DNA of 64,000 nucleotides from a bacterium (GTDB lineage Bacteria > Patescibacteriota > Saccharimonadia > Saccharimonadales > SZUA-47). Both the position numbers and the translations under genes were made by a program. Where the stretch lies: NCBI GenBank assembly GCA_030427365.1, contig JAUHWW010000001.1:31963-95962 (forward strand), given 5' to 3'. How positions within the stretch are numbered: position 1 is the stretch's first letter; every line of letters begins with the position of its first letter. The notes beneath the pieces are model-generated. The model saw nothing but the letters and a program-made list of their open reading frames with translations. It did no database searches and was not told the DNA's origin. Below are positions 10,226-19,413 of this stretch, in pieces.

Positions 10226-11047
10226 CTATATCTCCTCCGCAAAGGATTTGGCTTTTTTGCTGAAGTACAGTGATGAGACAGCAAAAATCAGAATTGTTAA
10301 AACGACAGGGACAATCCTAATTGCTTCGTTACCGTCAAATACATCGGCAATTGTCGCGGTGTCTTTGGACACGAGTAAATAGCGCATATCCTGGATGATC
10401 TGAGCCATCGGATTGAGCATGAGAGTCTTCTGTGCCCAGAGCGGCGCAAACGTGATCGGGAAAAGGATCGGCGTGAGATAGAACAAGGCCTGCATAACAA
10501 CATCCCATATGTAATTAACATCGCGCAGCTTTACATACGCTGTCGCCAGAAAATAGCCGATGCCCAGGCTAAGCACGAAAAGCTGGAGAAATAAAAGTGG
10601 CAACACAAGCGTTTCAAGCGATATGCTTGCGCCTCCGATAGCTAGGAACACGGCAACCACAAAGAGGTTAAGCGCTAGGTTGATAAGCGCAGAGTATGTG
10701 ACCGCCTGGACAATGACTTTTTTAGGAAAGTTTAATTTACGGATCAAATCGCCTTTTCCAACTATTGACGTGACGCTGCCCCCCGTGACCTCAGAGAAAA
10801 ATGACCAGATAACGATACCAAGCAGCAGATACGCCCCTGAGTTTTCTACGCCGTAGTCAACCTTCACGATTTCAACAAAGACGATATAGAGAATACCGAA
10901 TAGAAATAGCGGCTTTAAAAGCGACCATAGATAACCGAGGGCTGATCCCTGATAACGGAGCTTAAAATCAGTCTTAACAAGCTGCCGCAGCAATATCAAA
11001 GAATAAGCTGGACTTGTTCTTTTAACACTGTTCATTTTCACTACCAA
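10226..11047 (-). CDS. ABC-2 type polysaccharide exporter permease (Wzm/TagG-type)
   Basis: 273 aa, 6 TM helices, immediately upstream of Wzt-like ATPase. Confidence 0.8.
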   Translation of the reverse strand: MVVKMNSVKRTSPAYSLILLRQLVKTDFKLRYQGSALGYLWSLLKPLFLFGILYIVFVEIVKVDYGVENSGAYLLLGIVIWSFFSEVTGGSVTSIVGKGDLIRKLNFPKKVIVQAVTYSALINLALNLFVVAVFLAIGGASISLETLVLPLLFLQLFVLSLGIGYFLATAYVKLRDVNYIWDVVMQALFYLTPILFPITFAPLWAQKTLMLNPMAQIIQDMRYLLVSKDTATIADVFDGNEAIRIVPVVLTILIFAVSSLYFSKKAKSFAEEI

Positions 11048-11097
11048 TAGTATACGTTACTACTCTAGAAAACCCTTGCAAATGCTATGATGGGTGC

Positions 11098-12045
11098 ATG
11101 AGAAAGACAGTTCTGGTCACAGGGGTTAATGGATTTGTTGGTCATCACGTTGCACGTTTGCTAGCAGAGCGTGGAGTTTCAGTTGTCGGTGTGGGCAATC
11201 AACCAGCACTAGAGGACGATCTGCAAGACGTTGTCGATACCTACACATCGTGTGACCTTACCGACCCTGACGAGGTTGCCTCAATCAATCTCAGCGATAT
11301 TGGCGCCATCATAAACCTAGCCGGATTCGCAAAAGTCGGTGATTCGCACGGTCAAGGAGACTTATACAACAAAGTAAACATTGGTGTCCACACCGTTCTG
11401 TACGATGAAGTGCTTCGCCAGAACATACGGCCACGAATCATCGCTGTCAGCACCGGCGCCGTCTACGATCCGAACCAGCCGCTACCAATTACCGAAGACT
11501 CTCAGCTTATCCCACGTGACAAGACGAACGAATACGTTGTTAGTAAACAAAAGATGGAGGAGGCGGTGCGCAGCTTTAGGGGCAAAGGTCTTGATGTGAT
11601 TATCGTGCGGCCTTTCAACCATTCAGGACCTGGCCAATTGCCAGGGTTTTTACTCCCTGATCTAGGCGAGCAAATCGCAGATGCATCACGAGACAACACA
11701 CCTCTACTCGTTGGTAACCTCGAAACAAAGCGTGATTATACTGACGTTCGAGATGTTGCGAGAGCCTACGTCGAACTAGCGCTGGCCGATTCCCTCAACT
11801 ATGACCTGTACAACATCTGCTCCGGTCAAAGCACGAAAGGCACCGATATCTTAGATTTGCTAAAAAAAGCCTTTGGTGCAAGCGATGTTGAGGTAAAAGT
11901 TGACCAATCACGCATCCGCCCAAATGATGTCATGGATATTTATGGTTCACGACAACGATTGACAGATGACACTGGCTGGGAACCGCAATTTAGCGTCGAG
12001 CAAATGGTGCGTGATTACGCTGCCTGGAAACAACTCAATGATTAA
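11098..12045 (+). CDS. NAD-dependent epimerase/dehydratase, likely GDP-4-keto-6-deoxy-D-mannose reductase (Rmd-like)
   Basis: VLVTGVNGFVGHHVARLL Rossmann motif, YVVSK catalytic YxxxK, RPFNHSGPGQ; adjacent gmd. Confidence 0.65.
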   Translation: MRKTVLVTGVNGFVGHHVARLLAERGVSVVGVGNQPALEDDLQDVVDTYTSCDLTDPDEVASINLSDIGAIINLAGFAKVGDSHGQGDLYNKVNIGVHTVLYDEVLRQNIRPRIIAVSTGAVYDPNQPLPITEDSQLIPRDKTNEYVVSKQKMEEAVRSFRGKGLDVIIVRPFNHSGPGQLPGFLLPDLGEQIADASRDNTPLLVGNLETKRDYTDVRDVARAYVELALADSLNYDLYNICSGQSTKGTDILDLLKKAFGASDVEVKVDQSRIRPNDVMDIYGSRQRLTDDTGWEPQFSVEQMVRDYAAWKQLND

Positions 12046-12568
12046 TAAGTGGAAGAAGATTTCATCAAAGAAGCTATTCTCTCATCCACGGTTGTCCCTG
12101 TACGAAGATAAAGCGCAGCTCCCAAACGGGAAAATCGTTGACTATCTGCATTTTGGCGACATGCCCGATACAGCCATGGTTATTGCAAAACGAGAAGACG
12201 GGAAGCTCCTCATGCAAAAAGAGTACAGTTACCCTCCTGACGAGGTGTTATTGCAGTTTCCTGGTGGTGTCGTCGAAAAAGGTGAAGACCCTGAAACGGG
12301 TGCAGCTCGAGAATTAGCAGAAGAAGGAAAACTAAAAGGTACCTTGCAGAAAATCGGATGGATGTATTTCAACAACAGAAGGACTGGCAGTAAGATGCAC
12401 TTTTTTGTGGCAACGAACCTGGAAAAACTCAACCTTCCAGCTGATCCTGAAGAGTTTCTTGAAGATCACTGGCTCACCGAAGCCGAGATTGACAAGCTAA
12501 TTGCGACAAACGAAATCCGCCACTACACAGCCCTCGCAGGCTGGACGTTTTATAAGAGCAGACTTTAA
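12038..12568 (+). CDS. NUDIX hydrolase
   Basis: NUDIX box GGVVEKGEDPETGAARELAEEGKL; start chosen at ATG 12038 (ATGATTAA overlap with upstream stop) rather than ORF-track 11966. Confidence 0.6.
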   Translation: MINKWKKISSKKLFSHPRLSLYEDKAQLPNGKIVDYLHFGDMPDTAMVIAKREDGKLLMQKEYSYPPDEVLLQFPGGVVEKGEDPETGAARELAEEGKLKGTLQKIGWMYFNNRRTGSKMHFFVATNLEKLNLPADPEEFLEDHWLTEAEIDKLIATNEIRHYTALAGWTFYKSRL

Positions 12569-12581
12569 GGCCATAGCGAGC

Positions 12582-13040
12582 TTAGCGAATATTTTCTAAC
12601 CCAAGGCGTAGATAATGAGCGTACATTGCACCTACTCTTTTGGGTATTTCCTTCGTTATCATCATCTCACTAAAATGATCTTTATTCATCACAATATGTT
12701 CATCACCCGCAAGCTCAATCAAATAGCATGTTGAGATGTCTTGGCGATTTTTCTCTGTCTTGAATTTTCCAACATATTGACCAACTAATACTTTATTGGT
12801 TGTATCTACGTTTATTCCCAATTCATTCTTGGCAATTCTCTTTAATGTATCTTCGATGGTTTCGCCTTTGTACATTCTAAGTCCAGGTAGCGCCCAGACA
12901 TTTTTGTAAGGCTCGATTTTTCTTTTAAGAACAATGAAGCCGCTGTCTCCGTAGCGCAGCAACAAATCAAAAGTTGGAATAACCGACCACTCAAGTATTT
13001 CTTCGAAAACTTCTCGTGGTGCAAATTTTGGATGGCCCAT
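12582..13040 (-). CDS. NUDIX-family hydrolase, GDP-mannose mannosyl hydrolase-like
   Basis: GLRMYKGETIEDTLKRIAKNELGI NUDIX-like box; directly downstream of gmd as in gmd-gmm arrangements. Confidence 0.5.
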   Translation of the reverse strand: MGHPKFAPREVFEEILEWSVIPTFDLLLRYGDSGFIVLKRKIEPYKNVWALPGLRMYKGETIEDTLKRIAKNELGINVDTTNKVLVGQYVGKFKTEKNRQDISTCYLIELAGDEHIVMNKDHFSEMMITKEIPKRVGAMYAHYLRLGLENIR

Positions 13041-13046
13041 TAGAAG

Positions 13047-14081
13047 CTAAGCTTCGACTTCGAGGTCTTTTTCCACCATCAATTTGACGAGGCCTGGGAA
13101 GTCTACGTTACGTTTCCAGCCAAGTTCTTCTTCAGCAGCAGTCGGATTACCAAGAAGTAGATTAACTTCTGCGGGACGATAAAACTGAGGGTTCACCTTG
13201 ACTCTGACGATGCCGTTTTGATCAACGCCTTCTTCATCTTCTGCTTCACCGCGCCATGAAATGTCGAGACCAATTTCCTTAAATGCTAGTTCAACGAATT
13301 CGCGCACTGAGTGCGTTTCACCAGTCGCTAGAACGTAGTCTTTCGGTTTGTCTTGCTGCAGCATTCGCCACATTCCCTCGACATAGTCTCCTGCATAGCC
13401 CCAGTCACGCTTTGAGTCCATGTTGCCGAGCTCCATAAACTCTTGCTTACCGTGTTTGATGCGCGCGACGGTCTTCGTAATTTTGCGTGTGACAAATTCC
13501 GGTCCGCGCCTGTCACCCTCGTGGTTAAACAATATGCCGCTGAGCGCGAACATGCCGTAACTTTCACGGTAATTTTGCGTAATCCAATGTCCGTACAGCT
13601 TCGCGACACCGTATGGGCTGCGCGGATGAAAGGTTGACTCTTCGGTGTAACCAGTTTCTGGGCGGTTATAATCAAGTCCGCCAAACATTTCTGATGTCGA
13701 TGCCTGGTAAAATCGTGTTTTATCTGCGAGACCAGCAAGGCGAATCGCCTCCAAGACGTTCGTAACGCCTTTGCCGGTAACGTCTGCTGTTAGTAGCGGG
13801 TCTCTGAATGAATAGCCGACATGGCTGATTGCAGCAAGATTGTACACCTCATCTGGCTGAATTTCTTGCATTGCATGCGTCAACGAGGATAGGTCAAGCA
13901 AGTCTGCAAAAACGAGATTAACGTATGGAAACTCTTCGAGGAATTTCTGAGCGCGAGGGTGAGAAGCCTCCATCTGACCGCGCATGACGCCATAGACTTT
14001 GTAGCCCTTATCATTTAATAACTTGGCAAGATGTCCACCATCCTGTCCATTAACTCCGGTAATAAATGCTGTTTTACTCAT
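13047..14081 (-). CDS. gmd: GDP-mannose 4,6-dehydratase
   Basis: MSKTAFITGVNGQDGGHLAKLL, YQASTSEMFG, YGVAKLYGHW (YxxxK) - canonical Gmd. Confidence 0.9.
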   Translation of the reverse strand: MSKTAFITGVNGQDGGHLAKLLNDKGYKVYGVMRGQMEASHPRAQKFLEEFPYVNLVFADLLDLSSLTHAMQEIQPDEVYNLAAISHVGYSFRDPLLTADVTGKGVTNVLEAIRLAGLADKTRFYQASTSEMFGGLDYNRPETGYTEESTFHPRSPYGVAKLYGHWITQNYRESYGMFALSGILFNHEGDRRGPEFVTRKITKTVARIKHGKQEFMELGNMDSKRDWGYAGDYVEGMWRMLQQDKPKDYVLATGETHSVREFVELAFKEIGLDISWRGEAEDEEGVDQNGIVRVKVNPQFYRPAEVNLLLGNPTAAEEELGWKRNVDFPGLVKLMVEKDLEVEA

Positions 14082-14109
14082 ATAAAAATTATAGCAGGTG
14101 CCCGAAGGG

Positions 14110-15492
14110 TTATTTTCTTGATTTCGTTGCAGTATTTACAGAGCCGATGGCTGCACCGGTGAGGAGCCACCACTGGAGGGCTATGGCTTCGTTGGACCAA
14201 AGATGGATGAGAAGGCTATAAAACAGAAGCCCGGCTAGTGAGGCAAGCAGTATTACTGCAAGCGATGAAGCTTCTGATTTCTTATTGCAAGAAATTTGCA
14301 ATTGGCGAGCAAGCAGATAGATGATTGCGACGAATAACGCCAATCCTAGCCAGCCGACTTCGTACGCCACCTGCAAATAATAGTTTTCCGTCAGCAATCC
14401 GCCTTTTGGATTGGTGATGGCGACCAGTCCTGCACTTCCCGGCCCCTCTCCAAGCGGTGTCTCTGCGATGTCCTCGAGCGCTTCAGCTTGCAGACTCACG
14501 CGTTTTGCATTCGGATCCTGCTCGTCGGTGCTGACGGCAGCGTGCAGGACGTAGTCTTGTACGAAAGCGCTGTTACGCGCTGCGTAGACCGTACCGATGC
14601 TGAAGATGAGCGTGAGGATGAGGGGCAGCCCAAACTTTTTAGCAAACAGGATGAGTTTCTCGCGGCTGATGAGAAAAACGAGGACGGCAGACGAAATAGC
14701 CAGCCCGAGCAAAGCCCCCCGAGAAAACGTTAGCCAGAGCGCAAATAGATGTATAGCCAACAGAACGCTCAAGGTTTCGCGGCGTAATGGCCTGATAAAT
14801 AACTGTTTGTTGGCTGCCCTGCTTTTCAGGCTGTAGCCGAGCGCCAGAATCGGCAGGATGAGGTAGGCGCCAAGCGAGTTTGGATCTTTCAGCGTGCTCA
14901 TAACGCGCGGCAATTCTGGCCGATCATCAATGAAAAACAGAGGCTTCACCCCCCGCTCGAGCGAGTATCCAACGTTTTCGAGCAGATCAGGCGGGAGAAA
15001 ATATTGCATGACGCCGAAGAGCGCGACTAGCGAGGAGACCAACACCGCTGCCGTCATAAGGATTTTTAAATGGCGCTGCGGCGTTTTACTCAGACGAAGC
15101 GCAACGTAGCCGAGCAAGAAGTAGCCCATCAGCCGCGTGTTGTAGACGCTGGCGACAATCGTAGAATAGGTATCATCGTTTTGATCAAATAGGACAAATA
15201 ACAGATGTAAAAAAGCATAGCAAGCGCTTAAAATAACGATTAATCTGAAGTGTTTATCGCGAAACAGATCCTTGCGCCACGCCAGGAATAACAGCAGTGG
15301 CACGAGAGCAAACAATAGAACGTCCTTTGCCGCCTTCCACACTTCCAGCCCGCCAGTCAGCAAACTCGCCGACTGCACAATAAACACATGCAGCGGCATA
15401 TAGATAACGAACGCGAGTGATAAGTAAAAGGTAAAGGGTAGAACGTAGCGCTGAATCATTACTACTAGTGTAGCGACTGAAGACAAAAACAA
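14110..15492 (-). CDS. O-antigen ligase / polymerase-like polytopic membrane protein (Wzy_C family)
   Basis: ~11 TM helices with large extracytoplasmic loop near C-terminal third; glycan locus context. Confidence 0.55.
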   Translation of the reverse strand: MFLSSVATLVVMIQRYVLPFTFYLSLAFVIYMPLHVFIVQSASLLTGGLEVWKAAKDVLLFALVPLLLFLAWRKDLFRDKHFRLIVILSACYAFLHLLFVLFDQNDDTYSTIVASVYNTRLMGYFLLGYVALRLSKTPQRHLKILMTAAVLVSSLVALFGVMQYFLPPDLLENVGYSLERGVKPLFFIDDRPELPRVMSTLKDPNSLGAYLILPILALGYSLKSRAANKQLFIRPLRRETLSVLLAIHLFALWLTFSRGALLGLAISSAVLVFLISREKLILFAKKFGLPLILTLIFSIGTVYAARNSAFVQDYVLHAAVSTDEQDPNAKRVSLQAEALEDIAETPLGEGPGSAGLVAITNPKGGLLTENYYLQVAYEVGWLGLALFVAIIYLLARQLQISCNKKSEASSLAVILLASLAGLLFYSLLIHLWSNEAIALQWWLLTGAAIGSVNTATKSRK

Positions 15493-15602
15493 GAAGCTAA
15501 CCTAAAAGCGGATTCCTGTCCCGTACGCAGACTTGTCTTGCTACGGGATAAATCCGCTTTTGCTTTCTTTGAGAAAAGTTCGAAACAGTTTACACTTGAG
15601 AC

Positions 15603-16121
15603 ATGAAAAAGCTTAAGCATTTGCATCCGGTGAAGCGATGGAAGAAGTTAAGTGACACCAAACGACTGTTTGTTGCTCTATCTGTCTTCGTGATAGTTGT
15701 AGGTGGCTTGATTGGGTGGGCACAATACCAAGATTGGCGCAATGAACAGCTGTTGCGAAATATATCTGCTGATTTTGCACAGTTAGAGCGTGATCTGGAG
15801 GCAGAGCTAGGTATCGATGTTGAAAATAAGAGTGGCTGTTTCACGACCCAGGAGAAATTTGGTGACGGGAAAACTGGATGTTTTATGCGACTTGAGACAA
15901 CATCAGGAGAAAAAACAGATGCAAATAAACTCGACTTTATAGTTAGCTCAAATACAGTGTTTAAAGATAGATCTCAATTTAGAGAACAGGGTTTTTCAGC
16001 TACCTACGGAGGCTGGGAGTGTACATATGGTACGTGGATTTTTGGAGATGCTGTGCTTTATCTTGAGTGCCCTGTTCCAGTCAGAGCCGGAAACGCCAGC
16101 CTCGTCGATGAGTTGTTCTAG
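15603..16121 (+). CDS. hypothetical membrane-anchored protein
   Basis: N-terminal TM LFVALSVFVIVVGGLIGW; Cys-containing ectodomain. Confidence 0.4.
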   Translation: MKKLKHLHPVKRWKKLSDTKRLFVALSVFVIVVGGLIGWAQYQDWRNEQLLRNISADFAQLERDLEAELGIDVENKSGCFTTQEKFGDGKTGCFMRLETTSGEKTDANKLDFIVSSNTVFKDRSQFREQGFSATYGGWECTYGTWIFGDAVLYLECPVPVRAGNASLVDELF

Positions 16122-18912
16122 GCTGTTTATCAACCACCGGGCAATCAAATTTATCGTATAGTTTTTGCACAAGTGGCCTTAGGAATCGTGGCAGAGCTGT
16201 TTCAAGCTTGCGCAACACTTTGCAGATTTGTGGCTCAGGTTCTGGTGGTTCAGGTGGGTTAACAACTGGAATAACCTCATCGTCGCAAGAATCATCCACC
16301 CCGTCCTGATCTTCGTCAGTTCCGCTATTTTGAATGGTGCTGCATGAGTCTTCTTCATTTGGCACGCCATCTCCGTCAAAGTCGATGTCAGATGATGCAA
16401 TCATGATCGGCTCATATATTGTCACTTCTTGGCCAAACTTATCTGTTCCAGTAATAAAGACTGTATGCGTACCAGGTTCGATAGACTCAGGAACATCTAC
16501 TTCAAAGCGCAATACCCCATTTTCATCCACAGTGTAGGTGCCTAGGTCGGTTGGCGTTGACTCTATCCAAGACTCCGCCTCGCTGCCAGCAAGCATGTTA
16601 TCTAAAATAAAGACGAACCTTTGTCCCGTGCTTGCACCCAGGCTCAGCAGTGAACCAGCCTGAGGCACCACCAAAACACTGCTACCAAACTGACTATTCT
16701 CCGCGTTCACATAAGCCCTCGTGAGTTCGCCAAAAACGCCTTCCGGGGGCAATGGGATGTTTTGTGGTTGCGGCTCTGGCATTGCAGCCGTTAAGTCGTT
16801 AGTGGCCAGCTGAATTCGCTCTGCGTACTTCTCATGACCTGCTGGGCGAGGATGGTATGTCTCGTTTCCTGCACAACCAGCGCGCCATGAGCAAAGTCCA
16901 ACACCTAATATTCCTGGGTCTATATCATTCCCACCTGTAATGCCATTAAACAATAGTTCATCGTTATCTCTTGTGTCACACAACCTGCCACCAATTAAAA
17001 TATCTTCAACATCAACATAGAAAACGCCTGCTTCTAATGCCGCCGCCTCTATGATGTCATTCATATAAGAGACTCCCTGGGAGGCAGCGATGCGTTCCTG
17101 CAGGTTTAGCTGCACATTGAAATTGCACGTTTCAACTCCTTCAATTTCTGGATTCAGAAATTGTGGGTAACCATGAACATACACACGAGCTTCAGGTGCA
17201 CTTGTTTTAACCTTTTTAAATGACTCAACGAGTCGATGTTTTTGCTGGGCCATTCTCACTCCAAGGTAATCGTTACCGATAGAACCTTCGCTTGCCTGAT
17301 CACACGTGAGACTGTCTGGTCTCGGCCCAAGACACGACATAATAAAACCACCAAAATCCGCGTCATTTCCACCTATTGATATTGAAATCGCCTCGGGCTG
17401 TAAATTATTAACCTGCATTAAATCGATTTGTGATCTATAACCTGGTTGAAAGACTCCTAGAGTTGTTCCATCGATTGGTCGAAACTGATTATCTGTATCT
17501 TGAAATGCAGTTGCATCACCGTCACCTTCAAAAATTCCAGTGCCGCCAATAATATTGTGAATCTTGGCGCCGGAGCAGGCGACTGAATGGAATAAACCAT
17601 CGGCTGGTGGCGTAGATGGAGAGCTCAAATAGCCAAGGTCTACAGCCATCAAGTAAGGATAGCTGCGACGTGACAAATGACAGAGGTTGCGGCCAGCAAA
17701 AGTTTCTTTATCGCCCTGCTCGTCAGTTCCTGGCTCATACCACTCGCCGCCTTGCAGATCACCCTCACCAGACACAAAACTATCACCCATTGCCAAATAA
17801 CCTTGGGCTGTTGAGACATAATCTTCAGCCGTAATCGCAATTTCTCTCCATGTGTAGTCAGGCTGACCTGAAAACTTCTCGCCGAACGCAAAGGTGAGCG
17901 TATCACCCACTAAATCAAAATATGCGCGTCTGTATTGGCGGTTTGCATTACCCGAATATATGTCGATGATCCCATTGCTATGCGCGTACTCGAGCAGATT
18001 TCCTGACACCACGCAGCCTGGTGGATTCTCGGCGAATCCATGATTTTGCCAGCTACCAAACGCGTAGGTGCTCTCGCAACCCTCAGAATCAACAACTGAT
18101 AATGAGTTGCTGGTTTGGTGTGCTATGTAGCGTCCGTTTGAGCTAATTGAAAGAGAAATCGACCGATTACTGTTGCCAGGAACGTATTTCACAGGTGTCA
18201 TTTCTAGCGTATCGAGATCGATCTTATGTAGCCACACGCCCGCCTGCGCCACAACATAGCGTCCATTCGGTGAAAAAGCGTGGATCGTCACTTCATATTC
18301 GTTGCCATTACTGTACGTGAAAGGAATCCGAGCTGTTGATAACCCGTTAAACCGATGAATCACCTGGATATTGAGCTGCCTGCCGAGCGATGTGTCATCG
18401 CGGAAATTTGGGGCGTAGGCTAACCGGTACGTCGCACTAGATGGAAAGCGCCAATTCTTCAGCAAGACATGCGGGCCTGATGGTGCCGGGCTCGGTACTT
18501 CCGATCCGGTATCAAGCTCCATATAGTTGGTTAACCCGCCTGCTGGCGCGTACAACTTCTTGCTAGAGATATCCGGATTGTTGAAGTTACCTTGGGCGTT
18601 TCGATAAACGCACTGGTTCGCCTGGATCTGAATAGTGTCAAAACTGTTTAATAACTCGACTATTGAAAGGTTTGACCCTGTTGGGCCGCGAACAACTCGC
18701 TCCAAAACTGTTTGAAGTTCACAATTAGGGTCTATGGTAGTTAACGCTTCTGGGATTGAGCCGCGGTCTTCAAATGATAGTTGGCCGTCCCAGAGGTGAT
18801 TAGGAGCCTCTTGAGCTGTTGCCGTCTGGAAAGCTGGGGTAGATGAGAATAAAAGCGTGACAGACAATAAGACAGCAAACGCAAAACTCACAAAACGCCT
18901 CATAGGCTTCAC
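16081..18912 (-). CDS. secreted SGNH/GDSL-family hydrolase with beta-propeller-like N-terminal region and thrombospondin-type-3-like Ca-binding Asp repeats
   Basis: Signal peptide; SGNH blocks MGDSFVSGEG, SIGGNDADF, ETYHPRPAGH; C-terminal DFDGDGVPNEEDSCS...DEDQDGVDDSCDDE. Confidence 0.6.
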   Translation of the reverse strand: MKPMRRFVSFAFAVLLSVTLLFSSTPAFQTATAQEAPNHLWDGQLSFEDRGSIPEALTTIDPNCELQTVLERVVRGPTGSNLSIVELLNSFDTIQIQANQCVYRNAQGNFNNPDISSKKLYAPAGGLTNYMELDTGSEVPSPAPSGPHVLLKNWRFPSSATYRLAYAPNFRDDTSLGRQLNIQVIHRFNGLSTARIPFTYSNGNEYEVTIHAFSPNGRYVVAQAGVWLHKIDLDTLEMTPVKYVPGNSNRSISLSISSNGRYIAHQTSNSLSVVDSEGCESTYAFGSWQNHGFAENPPGCVVSGNLLEYAHSNGIIDIYSGNANRQYRRAYFDLVGDTLTFAFGEKFSGQPDYTWREIAITAEDYVSTAQGYLAMGDSFVSGEGDLQGGEWYEPGTDEQGDKETFAGRNLCHLSRRSYPYLMAVDLGYLSSPSTPPADGLFHSVACSGAKIHNIIGGTGIFEGDGDATAFQDTDNQFRPIDGTTLGVFQPGYRSQIDLMQVNNLQPEAISISIGGNDADFGGFIMSCLGPRPDSLTCDQASEGSIGNDYLGVRMAQQKHRLVESFKKVKTSAPEARVYVHGYPQFLNPEIEGVETCNFNVQLNLQERIAASQGVSYMNDIIEAAALEAGVFYVDVEDILIGGRLCDTRDNDELLFNGITGGNDIDPGILGVGLCSWRAGCAGNETYHPRPAGHEKYAERIQLATNDLTAAMPEPQPQNIPLPPEGVFGELTRAYVNAENSQFGSSVLVVPQAGSLLSLGASTGQRFVFILDNMLAGSEAESWIESTPTDLGTYTVDENGVLRFEVDVPESIEPGTHTVFITGTDKFGQEVTIYEPIMIASSDIDFDGDGVPNEEDSCSTIQNSGTDEDQDGVDDSCDDEVIPVVNPPEPPEPEPQICKVLRKLETALPRFLRPLVQKLYDKFDCPVVDKQPRTTHRRGWRFRL

Positions 18913-18948
18913 TATACAAGAATTAGTTACCGTGTAAAGTGATCATGG

Positions 18949-19374
18949 TTACTTTTTATAAACAAGAGCCGTTGAGGATATGAGCAAGATGGCAACGAGC
19001 ACGCTCAGGGTGGCGACGCTGCCTGTTTCTGCCAGCACAGCCTGCTTGTCATCAGTCTCTGCAAGTACGGCGCCTTCATCGAGCACTTCCTCAGTGCCTG
19101 CGACGGTCTCTTCGCTGACCTCACCTTTGGGCACGTTGCCGTCGTTTTCCTCAGGAGTTGTCTGCTCGTCTTCAATTGTTTCAACCTGCTCTGTTTCACA
19201 GAGATCATTAACGCCATTCTCGTCAAGGTCGACGATTTCTTCGGCTTCACATTGATTTTCAACAGGAGGTGCTTGTTGAGCTGACACTGAAGGCGCAGCA
19301 AACCACGCGGCAATCAGCACCCATAACAATGCATAGGTGAAAAAGGCTCTTAAGTGAATTGGTTTTATTGCCAT
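18949..19374 (-). CDS. small acidic surface protein with C-terminal sortase sorting signal (LAETG)
   Basis: Signal peptide, D/E-rich body, ...LAETGSVATLSVLVAILLISSTALVYKK (motif + hydrophobic span + basic tail). Confidence 0.6.
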   Translation of the reverse strand: MAIKPIHLRAFFTYALLWVLIAAWFAAPSVSAQQAPPVENQCEAEEIVDLDENGVNDLCETEQVETIEDEQTTPEENDGNVPKGEVSEETVAGTEEVLDEGAVLAETDDKQAVLAETGSVATLSVLVAILLISSTALVYKK

Positions 19375-19413
19375 AAGCGTCTCTTTTCTCTGTTAATGCT
19401 ATCATACTCTTGT

